Counted from the first letter of the stretch, positions 20,446 to 29,721 are shown. The stretch: DNA of 32,000 nt from Pyrodictium abyssi (GCF_036323395.1 NZ_AP028907.1:1020001-1052000); one strand, 5' to 3'. The notes: generated from the letters alone by a model not told the origin. Numbers and translations: made by a program.

Positions 20446-21284
20446 GCCTTTTCCACCCGAAGGCCCCTCTTCTCCGCGAACCCGCGTACCAGGTTCTTCA
20501 CCCTGGAGGGCACCTTCGAGAACAGTACGGCGTCTACCGGGTCCCGGCTCTTCTCCACCGCCTGGGCTAGCAGCTCCTCGTCGAGGCTGTCCAGCACGTG
20601 CTTCGAGAATATGTGGGTGTAGCAGACGCCCTTCTCGAGCACAGCCCTAGTGTGCTTGGCGGGATAGTGCGTGTCACCGACCCCTATGGCTACAGTGCTG
20701 CAGGGCTCGTCTAGCCAGCCGCGGCTCAGCACATTGTAGACGGTCTGCGCGAGGGCCTGGTGCGCGTCGCCGCGCTTCCACTCGTTCTCGCTGCTGCCGA
20801 TCTCGATGAATACTACCGGCCGGGCTAGGCTGGTTGGGCCGTGGTGCGTAGCTTCGAGGCTTAGGCCGAACTCCTCTAGGAGCCCGGCCTCCTCGGCTAC
20901 CCTCCTGTACTCGCGGAGCAGCGCGGCCATGAGCCGGGGCCATGTGTGGGAGAGTTCGCGGGGCCTCCCTCCGTATGGGGCCTCGGGCCCAGGGTTCCCC
21001 GTGTAGTGCACGGTGAGCGTGGGCTTGCCCCCGCTATGGCGGCTCAGCACTATGTAGGCAGACGTGTCCCCGGGCGCTGCCTCGTCCAGGAAGTCGAAGT
21101 ATATCGTGTCCTCCCTGAAGCTGGCCAGGTAGGCCCGGAGCCTGGGCTCGTACACGCAGGAGACCGCCCTGGGTAGGCTGCACTTCTCCCAGGCCGCCAG
21201 CTCGGCGAGCGCCTTGGCCGCGCCGCTCCCGGCGGGGTCGGCGAGCGAGTACGCGATTAATACAGATCCCTGCCGTGTTGCCAT
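20442..21284 (-). CDS. dtdA: D-aminoacyl-tRNA deacylase, archaeal DtdA (GEK1) type
   Basis: SLEATHHGPTSLARPVVFIEIGSSENEWKRGDAHQALAQTVYNVL, VAIGVGDTHYPAKHTRAVLEKGVCYTHIFSKHVLDSLDEELLAQAVEKS. ATG at 21284 preferred over the 21299 start. Confidence 0.93.
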   Translation of the reverse strand: MATRQGSVLIAYSLADPAGSGAAKALAELAAWEKCSLPRAVSCVYEPRLRAYLASFREDTIYFDFLDEAAPGDTSAYIVLSRHSGGKPTLTVHYTGNPGPEAPYGGRPRELSHTWPRLMAALLREYRRVAEEAGLLEEFGLSLEATHHGPTSLARPVVFIEIGSSENEWKRGDAHQALAQTVYNVLSRGWLDEPCSTVAIGVGDTHYPAKHTRAVLEKGVCYTHIFSKHVLDSLDEELLAQAVEKSRDPVDAVLFSKVPSRVKNLVRGFAEKRGLRVEKA

Positions 21285-21365
21285 GTCCAGGCCACCCACT
21301 GGGGGTTTGCAAGGCCGCCGGTATAGACTATAATACCTAGTCGATGGCCGCTGATGCTGGTAATC

Positions 21366-21373
21366 TTTTTATC
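21366..21373 (+). promoter_or_regulatory. Probable TATA box for atpK
   Basis: TTTTTATC about 36-43 nt upstream of the atpK ATG. Confidence 0.4.
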
Positions 21374-21408
21374 TTTGGCCGCACGCACACGCTCAACCGG
21401 TGCAAACA

Positions 21409-21717
21409 ATGAGGATTAGGCTCGGCCTCCTACCGGCTCTCGCCGTAATAGCGCTACTAGCACTAGCTCCGGTCGCTAGCGCCCAGGAGCCTGGCGCAGC
21501 TGCGGCCACCAGCGCAAAGGCCTATGGCGCCGCCATAGCTATGGGCTTGAGCGCTATTGGCGCTGGCTTCGCTATTGCTAGGGCTGGTGCAGCCGCGAGC
21601 GCTGCTGCAGCCGAGAGGCCTGAGGTCGCTGGTAGGCTGCTAATCTACCTAGTGCTCGGCGAGGGTATCGCCATCTACGGCCTGCTAGTAGCTATACTCG
21701 TCATCTTCGCCCTGTAA
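21409..21717 (+). CDS. atpK: A-type ATP synthase proteolipid subunit K (c) with an N-terminal signal-like extension
   Basis: MRIRLGLLPALAVIALLALAPVASAQEPG, then hairpin AYGAAIAMGLSAIGAGFAIARAGAAASAAAAERPEVAGRLLIYLVLGEGIAIYGLLVAILVIF with the conserved carboxylate in GEGIAIYG. Confidence 0.93.
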   Translation: MRIRLGLLPALAVIALLALAPVASAQEPGAAAATSAKAYGAAIAMGLSAIGAGFAIARAGAAASAAAAERPEVAGRLLIYLVLGEGIAIYGLLVAILVIFAL

Positions 21718-21974
21718 GGATGGGCACGCCGATCCTGGAGCATGCTGAGACTCTTTTTTGGCCCCAGAGGAAACCTTTGATAGGCCATCGGCTTGCCGCT
21801 GCAGCGCCTTTAAGACGGGACTCGCCCGCGTGTAGTGTAGCTGTGCTTGCTTCCTGTCTTGCGGGCGCACTCCTCTCGAACAAGTCTCGAACAAGCAGTG
21901 AATGGGGCCATACGCTTGGCTGTGTTATCCTATTCCTATTAAAACTCAGACCCCGGCATAGGGGCTGTTAGGAG

Positions 21975-23435
21975 GTGCTGGGGTTGCCGGCTGAGAGGCG
22001 GCGATGGAGCCAGGAGTTCTCGCGCTGGTTCGACTGGGTGCTAGAGGAGGCCGGGATTTACGACTATGGCCGCTACCCGGTCAAGGGTATGGGCGTCTGG
22101 ATGCCCTACGGTTTCCAGATAAGGCGCCGTGTGGTAGAGCTTATCCGCCGCGTCCTCGACGAGGCGGGGCACGAGGAGGTACTCTTCCCCCTGCTTATAC
22201 CCGAGACTCTTCTCCGCAAGGAGAGTGAGCACATACGCGGCTTCGAGGGAGAGGTCTACTGGGTGACGCATGGCGGCACTGAGCCGCTCGACGTTAAGCT
22301 GGCCCTGCGCCCGACGAGCGAGACGAGCATAACCTACATGGAGAGCTTCTGGATAAAGAGCTACAAGCAGCTCCCCCGGAAGTTCTACCAGATAGTAAGC
22401 ATATTCCGCTACGAGACCAAGGCCACCCGTCCGCTGATAAGGCTCCGCGAGGTAACAACGTTCAAGGAGGCTCACACGGTCCACGCGGACTTCGAGGACG
22501 CCGACCGCCAGGTGGCCGAGGCTATCGAGCTCTACAAGCGGATATTCGACGAGCTGGGCATACCCTACGTGATAAGCAGGAGGCCCGAGTGGGACAAGTT
22601 CGCCGGCGCAGTCTACACGGTAGCCTTCGACACAGTCATGCCTGACGGCCGTACGCTCCAGATAGGTACTGCTCACCACCTGGGCCAGAACTTCACGATA
22701 CCCTTCGAGGTCCGGATACAGCTCCCCGACGAGAGCCTCGACTACGCCTGGCAGACGAGCTACGGTCTAAGCGACCGCGTAGTAGCCACGGTCATAGCGA
22801 TACACGGCGACGACCGCGGAGCCGTGCTACCCCCCATAGTCGCGCCTATCCAGGTGGTGGTTGTCCCGATACCCGCCCGGGACGAGGAGCAGCGGAAGAG
22901 GCTCCAGGAGTACATAGGCGAGATAGAGGAGCGGCTCCGCCGCCTAGGCGTACGCTACCGCATCGACGACCGGGACGACGTGAGGCCTGGCAGGAAGTTC
23001 TACGAGTGGGAGGCCCGCGGCGTCCCCGTGAGGATAGAGGCTGGGCCACGGGAGGCCGAGAACCGCACCCTGGTCCTGGCGAGACGCGACACACTCGAGA
23101 AGACAACCATAGGCATAGACGAGCTAGAGGAGAAGCTACCCAGGCTCTTCGAGGACATAGCCCGGAGCCTCCGCGAGCGCGCCTGGAGCTGGCTCCGCAG
23201 CAAGGTGAAGCGCGTCGACACCGTCGAGGAGGCCCGCCGCGTCATAGAGCAGGAGAGGGGCATAGTAGAGCTGCCGTGGTGCGGCAGCGAGGCGTGCGGC
23301 CTCAGGCTGGAAGAAGAGGTGGACGCGGGCGTCCTCGGCTCGCCGCTCGAGAGGCCCGAGTGGGTTAGGGGCAAACAGTGCCCCGTATGCGGCCAGCCTG
23401 CTGTGACGAGTATAAGGCTCGCGAAGAAATACTAG
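21975..23435 (+). CDS. proS: Prolyl-tRNA synthetase (class II, archaeal/eukaryal type)
   Basis: [88 protein letters not shown], and a C-terminal region with CGSEACG and CPVCG. Confidence 0.97.
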   Translation: MLGLPAERRRWSQEFSRWFDWVLEEAGIYDYGRYPVKGMGVWMPYGFQIRRRVVELIRRVLDEAGHEEVLFPLLIPETLLRKESEHIRGFEGEVYWVTHGGTEPLDVKLALRPTSETSITYMESFWIKSYKQLPRKFYQIVSIFRYETKATRPLIRLREVTTFKEAHTVHADFEDADRQVAEAIELYKRIFDELGIPYVISRRPEWDKFAGAVYTVAFDTVMPDGRTLQIGTAHHLGQNFTIPFEVRIQLPDESLDYAWQTSYGLSDRVVATVIAIHGDDRGAVLPPIVAPIQVVVVPIPARDEEQRKRLQEYIGEIEERLRRLGVRYRIDDRDDVRPGRKFYEWEARGVPVRIEAGPREAENRTLVLARRDTLEKTTIGIDELEEKLPRLFEDIARSLRERAWSWLRSKVKRVDTVEEARRVIEQERGIVELPWCGSEACGLRLEEEVDAGVLGSPLERPEWVRGKQCPVCGQPAVTSIRLAKKY

Positions 23436-23574
23436 CACCGCCGGTCTCGAGGTAGAGGCGGAGAGCCTTTTCCAGCACCCGGCCCAGGTCCCCGTGCCCC
23501 TCCCTCCTCGCGGCTCTCTCCAGCGCCTCCGCCTCCTCGTCGCTCAGCGCGACCGCTACCAGGACCTTTGCCAC
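23365..23574 (-). CDS. Small protein with a ribbon-helix-helix-like pattern, convergent with proS
   Basis: [46 protein letters not shown]; its 3' end overlaps the proS 3' end by about 70 nt. Confidence 0.5.
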   Translation of the reverse strand: MAKVLVAVALSDEEAEALERAARREGHGDLGRVLEKALRLYLETGGASISSRALYSSQQAGRIRGTVCP

Positions 23575-23865
23575 TGCTCCCCTCCCCACACGTTGTAGAG
23601 GGTATGGTGCTACCTTTAGAAACTGGTAGCCTCACAGCCTGACAGGCATCCAGGAGGCTCCAGGAAATAGCATAGTAACACCAGAGCAGTACCCCATGAG
23701 GCTGCACCGCAAGGGCCCAGCCCCTGCGTGCAGCGGTCATGTCTCAACCGGGCTAGGCTTCACAGCTACTCCCCCGAGGCCGCATAGCCAGCAATGCGGA
23801 TGAGACATGTAGATATGTCCGGGCCTCCGTAGCCTACCCCCGGACACCGCCCAAGGGTACACCCT

Positions 23866-23994
23866 ATGAGCAAACATGGCGAGACGGGACGGCGGCCAGC
23901 TATAGCAGCACCCTTTGCCGTACTACTAGCCCTACTGGTATCCATCAACGCGGAGCTTGTCTACCAGGACGCGGCGGCAACGTTACCGTTATAA
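23866..23994 (+). other. Short ORF encoding a signal-peptide-like sequence, in a different frame from the following ORF
   Basis: Hand translation: MSKHGETGRRPAIAAPFAVLLALLVSINAELVYQDAAATLPL-stop. Confidence 0.45.
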
Positions 23995-23996
23995 AT
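23989..23996 (+). promoter_or_regulatory. Possible TATA box for the 24030 start
   Basis: TTATAAAT about 34-41 nt upstream of the ATG at 24030. Confidence 0.45.
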
Positions 23997-24029
23997 ACGG
24001 TGGCGCGGCACAGCCAACAGCTGCTCACG

Positions 24030-25418
24030 ATGGAGGTGTACGATGAGTATGGCCAGCCAGTGAGGTTCCATGCCCTAGTCGCTTTACCCACCGTTGACGG
24101 CGGTGTGGTGACGAAGCACGTTCAGGGATATGCGGCTGCTTCGGTGTCACTCAACGACTACGCCGGAGAGATAACCAGGCTTCTAGACCGGGGTGACGTG
24201 TCGGGCAAGCACCTTCAAGAGGTGGGATTACTAGTACTGCTAGCGGCTACTAGGCGTGTAGACGGCGAGCCAGTGGTAGCTGTGGATGCATTTTCCGTTC
24301 CTCTAAGCCCGGATATGCTTGAGCCTGGCCACGTAATCAGAGTGGTGCACCGCTTTATCCCGAAAGCGGTGGTTAGGCTGACAGAGGAGAACTCTGAGCC
24401 CCTAGCAATGCTGGATACAGCATGCGTAGCAGGAGCCCCTACCACGTGCTACTGGTGGAGGCCTAGAGGCGTTCTCTACTACTCTAGCGAGCCGGTATGC
24501 ATACCGCTAGCTATAGTGGATGTAGCGCCTAGCAACGGCCTAGACTCGCCCGCACAGAGGATTGAGGGTATACTTGTTCTAACTCATATCTTCTTCCACA
24601 AGGGTATGCCACGGATAGACGCTGTAGCGGACCTTACACAGCTAGGCGGCGCTACAGTACTCGGTCCGTCACATGTTATTGTACCTAAGGGAAACAGTGC
24701 AGACGTTCACTCGACTCGGTCATTCGTCGAAGCTCAGTGTGGCATATACAACGTGCTCGTGTCTATACCTGGCTCGTTATGCAGTGTCGAATTCTACGGG
24801 CCTCGTAAGATACGCTGGCACGTACCTGTGCCCGACTTCAACTTCTCAGCCTACGTGTCAGTAGGCCTTGAAGGAAGAATTTGGGTCACTAGGTACACCC
24901 TCGAAGCCAGGGAATGCAGCGGCATGGTATGCAGTAATAAAAGCCTAGGAGACGTATACATCGTACACGCGGTTCTCACGGATAGCAACGGGGCTCCGAA
25001 GATATGCGTAGAGGTACAGGATGACTACAACGACGAAGACGGCGTGTTAGCGAAGCTCGTAAAGCACCTCAGAAACAGGACAAAGCCTCTAATAGTGTTT
25101 CGCGGGGATTACAGCTCACACGTATTCGACTACTACAATGACCTACTAGCTCGTGTAGCTCCAGGGGCTCCCGTCACGGGTGATGGAATAGGCCTGCACC
25201 AGGTGCTGACGCCAATAGGGTCCCTGGCGGCAGCTCTCAGCTGTATAGACTACAACGTAACATCGACAATAGTCAGTGGTATATCTATCAGTATTCTAGT
25301 TTATGTTGACACGTCGAGGTATAGTGCAATGATGTTTAATAGCGAGGTTGCTGTGGACGAGGTAGTGCTACCCTCGGGCAGAATAGCTAGGGCGCCTGTA
25401 ATGCTTCTAAGACCGTGA
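24030..25418 (+). CDS. Cys-rich protein of unknown function, possibly extracytoplasmic
   Basis: Long ORF (track start 24000) with MEVYDEYGQPVRFHALVALPTVDGG at the N-terminus, resembling carboxypeptidase-regulatory/Ig-like repeats, and nine cysteines. No family firmly recognised. Confidence 0.75.
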   Translation: MEVYDEYGQPVRFHALVALPTVDGGVVTKHVQGYAAASVSLNDYAGEITRLLDRGDVSGKHLQEVGLLVLLAATRRVDGEPVVAVDAFSVPLSPDMLEPGHVIRVVHRFIPKAVVRLTEENSEPLAMLDTACVAGAPTTCYWWRPRGVLYYSSEPVCIPLAIVDVAPSNGLDSPAQRIEGILVLTHIFFHKGMPRIDAVADLTQLGGATVLGPSHVIVPKGNSADVHSTRSFVEAQCGIYNVLVSIPGSLCSVEFYGPRKIRWHVPVPDFNFSAYVSVGLEGRIWVTRYTLEARECSGMVCSNKSLGDVYIVHAVLTDSNGAPKICVEVQDDYNDEDGVLAKLVKHLRNRTKPLIVFRGDYSSHVFDYYNDLLARVAPGAPVTGDGIGLHQVLTPIGSLAAALSCIDYNVTSTIVSGISISILVYVDTSRYSAMMFNSEVAVDEVVLPSGRIARAPVMLLRP

Positions 25419-25490
25419 CGTGGCCTACCCATTGTGCTTCAGCGGCCTGGCTCAGCCCATCGGCCCCGAGGGCGGGGCCTATGGCCGCTT

Positions 25491-25910
25491 TTAACCATCA
25501 TCATCTGGATATAGTTGGATCCAGTACTTAGAGGCGTCTTGTAGCACTATGCTCTTCTGTAGCAGTTTTTTCAGCTCTTCCGGGGTTGATGGGACAAATG
25601 TAGCGTCGCGACGGCCTCTCCAGAGCCTATAGAGAAGCCGGAGCCTTTCCTCGATGCGTAGTTGGCTCCAGTCTCTGGACACTATTACGAGATCGACGTC
25701 GCTATCCTCGGTGTAGTCGCCACGAGCAATGCTGCCAAATAGGAGCACTTTCTCCACCTTCACGCTGTAGGCTTCTAGGTCTTTTACGAGGCGCTTGACA
25801 TCCCTAGAGACCTCTTCTAAGAGCTTCTTCCAGTGCTTTCTTCGCTGCCTCAACAACTCTTCTAGCGGTAGCCACTGCACGTTCCGCTGAGGCACGGCTA
25901 ATCGAGTCAT
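25491..25910 (-). CDS. Minimal nucleotidyltransferase (MNT), partner of the HEPN gene
   Basis: VEKVLLFGSIARGDYTEDSDVDLVIVSRD matches GSxxxG...SDxDL. Likely start is the GTG at 25880. Confidence 0.88.
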   Translation of the reverse strand: MTRLAVPQRNVQWLPLEELLRQRRKHWKKLLEEVSRDVKRLVKDLEAYSVKVEKVLLFGSIARGDYTEDSDVDLVIVSRDWSQLRIEERLRLLYRLWRGRRDATFVPSTPEELKKLLQKSIVLQDASKYWIQLYPDDDG

Positions 25911-26217
25911 CGGGGAGCCCCTCCGTTATATCGGGGTAGCGTGCCAGGTGATAGTACTGTGTGAGTTCGTATGCCTCTTCAAGCTCCTCCTGGCCCAGGC
26001 CTAGGTTGCTGCCTAGCTCCTCAAATAGCCTTCTTATGCTGTGTGTCTTCGGGAACCAGCCCTTTACGGCGAGCAGTACAGCCTTTAGGGCCTTCTCTGC
26101 TGCCTGCTGGGACCAGAATACGGCGGCGCCTCGGTCACCATCCCGTAGGCTCTTCTCGGCGCGCCATAGGTCCTTTTCAGCGACTTTTATCCACCACCAC
26201 GCCTCTTCTCGGACCAC
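25804..26217 (-). CDS. HEPN-domain protein
   Basis: WWWIKVAEKDLWRAEKSLRDGDRGAAVFWSQQAAEKALKAVLLAVKGWFPKTHSIRRLFEEL...AYELTQYYHLARYPD. ORF track starts at 26268; the GTG at 26217 is preferred. Confidence 0.88.
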   Translation of the reverse strand: MVREEAWWWIKVAEKDLWRAEKSLRDGDRGAAVFWSQQAAEKALKAVLLAVKGWFPKTHSIRRLFEELGSNLGLGQEELEEAYELTQYYHLARYPDITEGLPDDSISRASAERAVATARRVVEAAKKALEEALRRGL

Positions 26218-26239
26218 GAGCGCCCCCGAGGGGTGTACA

Positions 26240-26881
26240 GTGGGCCCGGTAATAGACGTCTTTGACAAGCTGTGGGCCCGGTACGACGCCTGGTACCAGC
26301 GCCACCGGGTGCTGGCCGAGAACGAGCTGCGCGCAGTCCAGGCCCTAGGGCTCCGTGGCCGCGGGCTCGAGGTGGGTGTCGGGACGGGCTGGTTCGCCTC
26401 CAGGCTCGGCGCAGGGTACGGCGTGGACCCGAGCCCGGGGATGCTGCGCCTGGCCCATAGGCGCGGCGTGGAGGCGGTTCTCGGCGTCGGGGAGAGGCTG
26501 CCTTTCCGCAGCGCTGTGTTCGACTACGTGCTGCTCGTGGTAACGCTGTGCTTCGTGGACGAGCCTGTGGCTGTGCTGGCTGAGGCGGCCCGCGTAGCCC
26601 GGCCAGGCGGCGCGGTGGCGGCCTGCATTGTGCCGCGGGATAGCCCCTGGGGGCGCTACTACATGGAGAAGCGCCGTGTGAGCCCATTCTACGCTGTCGC
26701 CAGGTTCTACACCGTAGAGGAGGTGGAGGCTATGATGCGGGAGGCGGGGCTAGCCGTGGAGGCCTATAGCTCGGTTCTCCGCTTCCCGCCCCATGCCGAG
26801 CCACGCCCAGAGGAGCCGGAGCCCAGCCCCCACGGCGGCTTCGTGTGCATCAAGGCCGTGAGGGGCCAGGCCTCCCCGTGA
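26240..26881 (+). CDS. Class I SAM-dependent methyltransferase
   Basis: GLEVGVGTGWFASRLGAGYGVDPSPGMLRLAHRRGVEAVLGVGERLPFRSAVFDYVLLVVTLCFVDEP. The long upstream part of the track ORF (25961-26239) is antisense to the HEPN gene. Confidence 0.88.
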   Translation: MGPVIDVFDKLWARYDAWYQRHRVLAENELRAVQALGLRGRGLEVGVGTGWFASRLGAGYGVDPSPGMLRLAHRRGVEAVLGVGERLPFRSAVFDYVLLVVTLCFVDEPVAVLAEAARVARPGGAVAACIVPRDSPWGRYYMEKRRVSPFYAVARFYTVEEVEAMMREAGLAVEAYSSVLRFPPHAEPRPEEPEPSPHGGFVCIKAVRGQASP

Positions 26882-27452
26882 GCCGCTTCAGCGCGTTGAT
26901 GTAGGCGGCCACGTGGCTAGCTAGGTAGCTACACGGCCCGACGCTCGCATAGCCGTCTACGGGGAGGCCCTCTGGCGGGTCGACGCGGAGCCCCAGCAGG
27001 TACACAGTACCGGAGCGGTGGCCCTGAAGCCGCTCCCCCTTCTCGCTGAGCTGGAGCACCCGGTACCCCCTCGCCCGGAGCAGCCCCAGCAGCTCCGGCA
27101 GCGGTGGCGCCGGCTCCGCTCGGCGGCACTGCTGGCCCCGGAGCGCCTGGAGGAGCACCTCCCCGGACTCGTGCTCGTAGAGCATCCCCTCGGGGAGGCA
27201 GCCCGGCTCGAACACTAGCAGGAGGGGGTCATCGGAGTCCAGGTAGACTAGGAGAGCGCTATCCTCCTCCAGCGTGCCCCCGGGGTAGAGTGCTGCCAGG
27301 AGCACACGCGCAGCGATATCCAGGCGGCCGTAGCCTACGAGGCCCCTCCACCGCCGGGGAGGAGGCCCGGGTGGACGCTGGCCGTAGGCCAGCCATACCG
27401 TGTCGAGGCGGTCCCTGAGGACGGGCTCTAGCGCGCTAGTGCTGCTGTTCAA
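26850..27452 (-). CDS. TrmY-like (COG1901/DUF358, SPOUT) putative tRNA pseudouridine-N1 methyltransferase
   Basis: GYGRLDIAARVLLAALYPGGTLEEDSALLVYLDSDDP and C-terminal SVGPCSYLASHVAAYINALKRL resemble the TrmY core. Confidence 0.65.
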   Translation of the reverse strand: MNSSTSALEPVLRDRLDTVWLAYGQRPPGPPPRRWRGLVGYGRLDIAARVLLAALYPGGTLEEDSALLVYLDSDDPLLLVFEPGCLPEGMLYEHESGEVLLQALRGQQCRRAEPAPPLPELLGLLRARGYRVLQLSEKGERLQGHRSGTVYLLGLRVDPPEGLPVDGYASVGPCSYLASHVAAYINALKRLTGRPGPSRP

Positions 27453-27584
27453 CCCGTGTAGCAGCCCCCGTGGCCCGAGCTACATACGCAGGGAGAACAG
27501 TAGCTAGCGCCCTAAAGCTGGGCTGCACGTACTAGGGGGAGGATGCGGCTCCGTGGCCCTCCCGTGGCGGCTCGAGGCTTATCC

Positions 27585-27589
27585 AAAAA
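27585..27589 (-). terminator. Possible oligo-T terminator after the S26e gene
   Basis: Minus strand ggTTTTTgg about 60 nt past the stop at 27650. Confidence 0.3.
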
Positions 27590-27649
27590 CCCTGGAGAGG
27601 GCCAGCGAGCACGAGCGCGCCTCTGGCGCAGGAAGGCCCTGGAGGAGGC

Positions 27650-27940
27650 CTAGACTATTGGGCCGCGTACGGCCTTGCGCTCCTCCTCCGGCCTGACCTT
27701 CACGAGGCCGTAGTGCACTGCGCAGCTGACACAGTAGCACTTCTCCACAGGGTACCTCATGATTATGGCGCCCTTCTTCTCGAGCTCGCGTGCTAGCTGC
27801 GGGTCTACCGGGGTGTACCACCTGGTGACGCAGATAGCCTTGTCGCGGGGGATTATCCTGCCGCAGTTGTCGCACTGGACGGTGCGTGTGTGGCCCTTGG
27901 ATCCCTTGTGCCTACCCCTGTTCTGCCTCTTCTTGGGCAT
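27650..27940 (-). CDS. rps26e: Ribosomal protein S26e (eS26)
   Basis: MPKKRQNRGRHKGSKGHTRTVQCDNCGRIIPRDKAICVTRWYTPVDPQLARELEKKGAIIMRYPVEKCYCVSCAVHYGLVKVR. Confidence 0.93.
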   Translation of the reverse strand: MPKKRQNRGRHKGSKGHTRTVQCDNCGRIIPRDKAICVTRWYTPVDPQLARELEKKGAIIMRYPVEKCYCVSCAVHYGLVKVRPEEERKAVRGPIV

Positions 27941-28185
27941 CCTAGCCCCCATGCCCCCAGAGGGCAGCCGCCGCCTATTTAACTAGCCCGCCCCTATCCC
28001 CGCCCACGTAGCCCCCATGGGCTGCATATTACCAGCCGGCACGCCGTGATGGCCCCCGGGCGGTGCTACGCCGCGCCCGCCTCCTAGCGCTGTGTATCCG
28101 GGCGTGGGCCGGCAGCATGCGGGTATATAGCTGGATGAGGTATAGGTGGCACCGATACCGGGGGCTCTGAGGGGAAGAGGAGACA

Positions 28186-29721
28186 GTGGCGAGCGTCTGC
28201 ACCGGGATCAAGAGCTTCAAGGACCCGGTCCACGGCTACGTTGACCTCTGTAGCCGCGTCGCAGGGGTCGTCGACACCTGGATAGTGCAGAGGCTCCGCG
28301 GGATAAGGCAGACAGCCTTCGCCTACCTCGTCTACCACGGGATGGAGCATAGCCGGTTTAACCACAGCCTCGGCTCCGCCCACCTAGCCCGCGAGGTCCT
28401 CCACTTCCTCGCGGGGAATACGCGGCTCTACTACCGCAGCGCGGGCGGCCCGGAGCTGGCGGGCTACCTGCTCAGGGCGGAGGAGGTCTTCCAGCTAGCA
28501 GCCCTAGTCCACGACGCCGGGCACCTGCCCTACAGCCACTCGAGCGAGGCGGGTATAGCCGAGGCGAGGCTCATCTACCGGATAAAGGGGTTCGACAGGC
28601 TCCCCCTACGCCACGAAGAGTATACCTACAGCCTACTCCCCCACGTGGCCAGGGAGGCCGAGGAGCGCGGCGTAGAGCCGGTCTTCACCGGCAGCGTGGC
28701 CGGTGACCTAAGGCTGATACTCAGGGGCTCAGCCGCGGGGCCGGAGGCCCAGGACCTGCTAAGCGAGTGTACTGCTAGCATCCTCCACCAGCTGATAGCC
28801 GGCGGGCTAGACGTGGACAGGATGGACTACCTTATCCGCGACAGCCTCTACGCGGGGGTCCGCTACGGCGTCTTCGACGTCGACCGGCTCATAAGGGTGC
28901 TCCTCGCGACGCCCCTGCTCCGCGAAGACGGCGAAGGCCCCGGCCTTAGCCGGAACGCGTGCCGCGTCATGGTGCTGGACAAGGGCGTGAGCATAGTCGA
29001 GTCCTTCCTCCTCGCGAGGTTCTACATGTTCAGCGAGGTCTACCTCCACCGCGTGGTGGAGGCCTACAACTCAGTCTACGCGAGGCTCTTCAGCCTAATG
29101 GCCCGCGACGGCCTGGTGTGCGTAGAGCAGGGCTGCGAGCTAGACATCCCCACGCCCCAGGCAATAGCCGAGGGGAGAGAGGAGGCGCTCGAGACCTGGA
29201 GGATGCTCGACGACACAGCGATGTGGATGCTCATACGCCGCGTCCACCGGGGCCGGGCCGGGGCCAGCGAGGAGGCCAGGAGGCTCGCAGGCATGCTGGT
29301 GGAGCGCCGCCACCCCAGGGTGTACCGGGTGCTAGAGTCTCGCAGCGTATGGGGCCTTTACACCCGGTACCTAGAGGAGGCCGTGGCGCCGCCCTGGGCG
29401 CGGCCACTGCTAGACGAGCTCATAGAGATGCAGCGGGAGAACCCCCTGGTCATGATAAGGCCTCTACGCGTAGACCTCGTGAGCCTGGAGCAGCTCGGGG
29501 TCTACAGCAGGCAGCGTGGCGCTCCAGTAGAGCTCCATGACGCGGGAGCGGAGGCGCGCCGGGAGCTAGGCAGGCTACGGAGGTTCGCAGACTTGGGCCC
29601 AGAGCTGGGCTTGTACAGGATAGCTGTGTTCACCACCCAGGAGCACGAGAGCCAGGCGGAGAAGGCCATGAGGATACTCCTAGACCTACAGAGGGAGCAG
29701 GAGAAAGCAGCCAGGGCCTAG
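28186..29721 (+). CDS. HD-domain phosphohydrolase (COG1078, SAMHD1/dNTPase-like)
   Basis: IKSFKDPVHGYVDLCSRVAGVVDTWIVQRLRGIRQTAFAYLVYHGMEHSRFNHSLGSAHLA, LAALVHDAGHLPYSHSSE, and LDVDRMDYLIRDSLYAGVRYG. Confidence 0.93.
   Translation: MASVCTGIKSFKDPVHGYVDLCSRVAGVVDTWIVQRLRGIRQTAFAYLVYHGMEHSRFNHSLGSAHLAREVLHFLAGNTRLYYRSAGGPELAGYLLRAEEVFQLAALVHDAGHLPYSHSSEAGIAEARLIYRIKGFDRLPLRHEEYTYSLLPHVAREAEERGVEPVFTGSVAGDLRLILRGSAAGPEAQDLLSECTASILHQLIAGGLDVDRMDYLIRDSLYAGVRYGVFDVDRLIRVLLATPLLREDGEGPGLSRNACRVMVLDKGVSIVESFLLARFYMFSEVYLHRVVEAYNSVYARLFSLMARDGLVCVEQGCELDIPTPQAIAEGREEALETWRMLDDTAMWMLIRRVHRGRAGASEEARRLAGMLVERRHPRVYRVLESRSVWGLYTRYLEEAVAPPWARPLLDELIEMQRENPLVMIRPLRVDLVSLEQLGVYSRQRGAPVELHDAGAEARRELGRLRRFADLGPELGLYRIAVFTTQEHESQAEKAMRILLDLQREQEKAARA

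Noticed and set aside
23600-23860. Intergenic region examined for tRNA, C/D box sRNA or CRISPR repeats
   Set aside because: No TΨC-like GTTCRA pattern, no paired C/D boxes and no regularly spaced repeats were seen.
25961-26239. N-terminal part of the 306-aa methyltransferase ORF
   Set aside because: Antisense to the HEPN coding region and Ser-rich; the methyltransferase domain only begins near 26240.
28029-28383. Minus-strand ORFs around the start of the HD-domain gene
   Set aside because: Antisense to the clearly supported HD protein or its upstream region; no recognisable motif.
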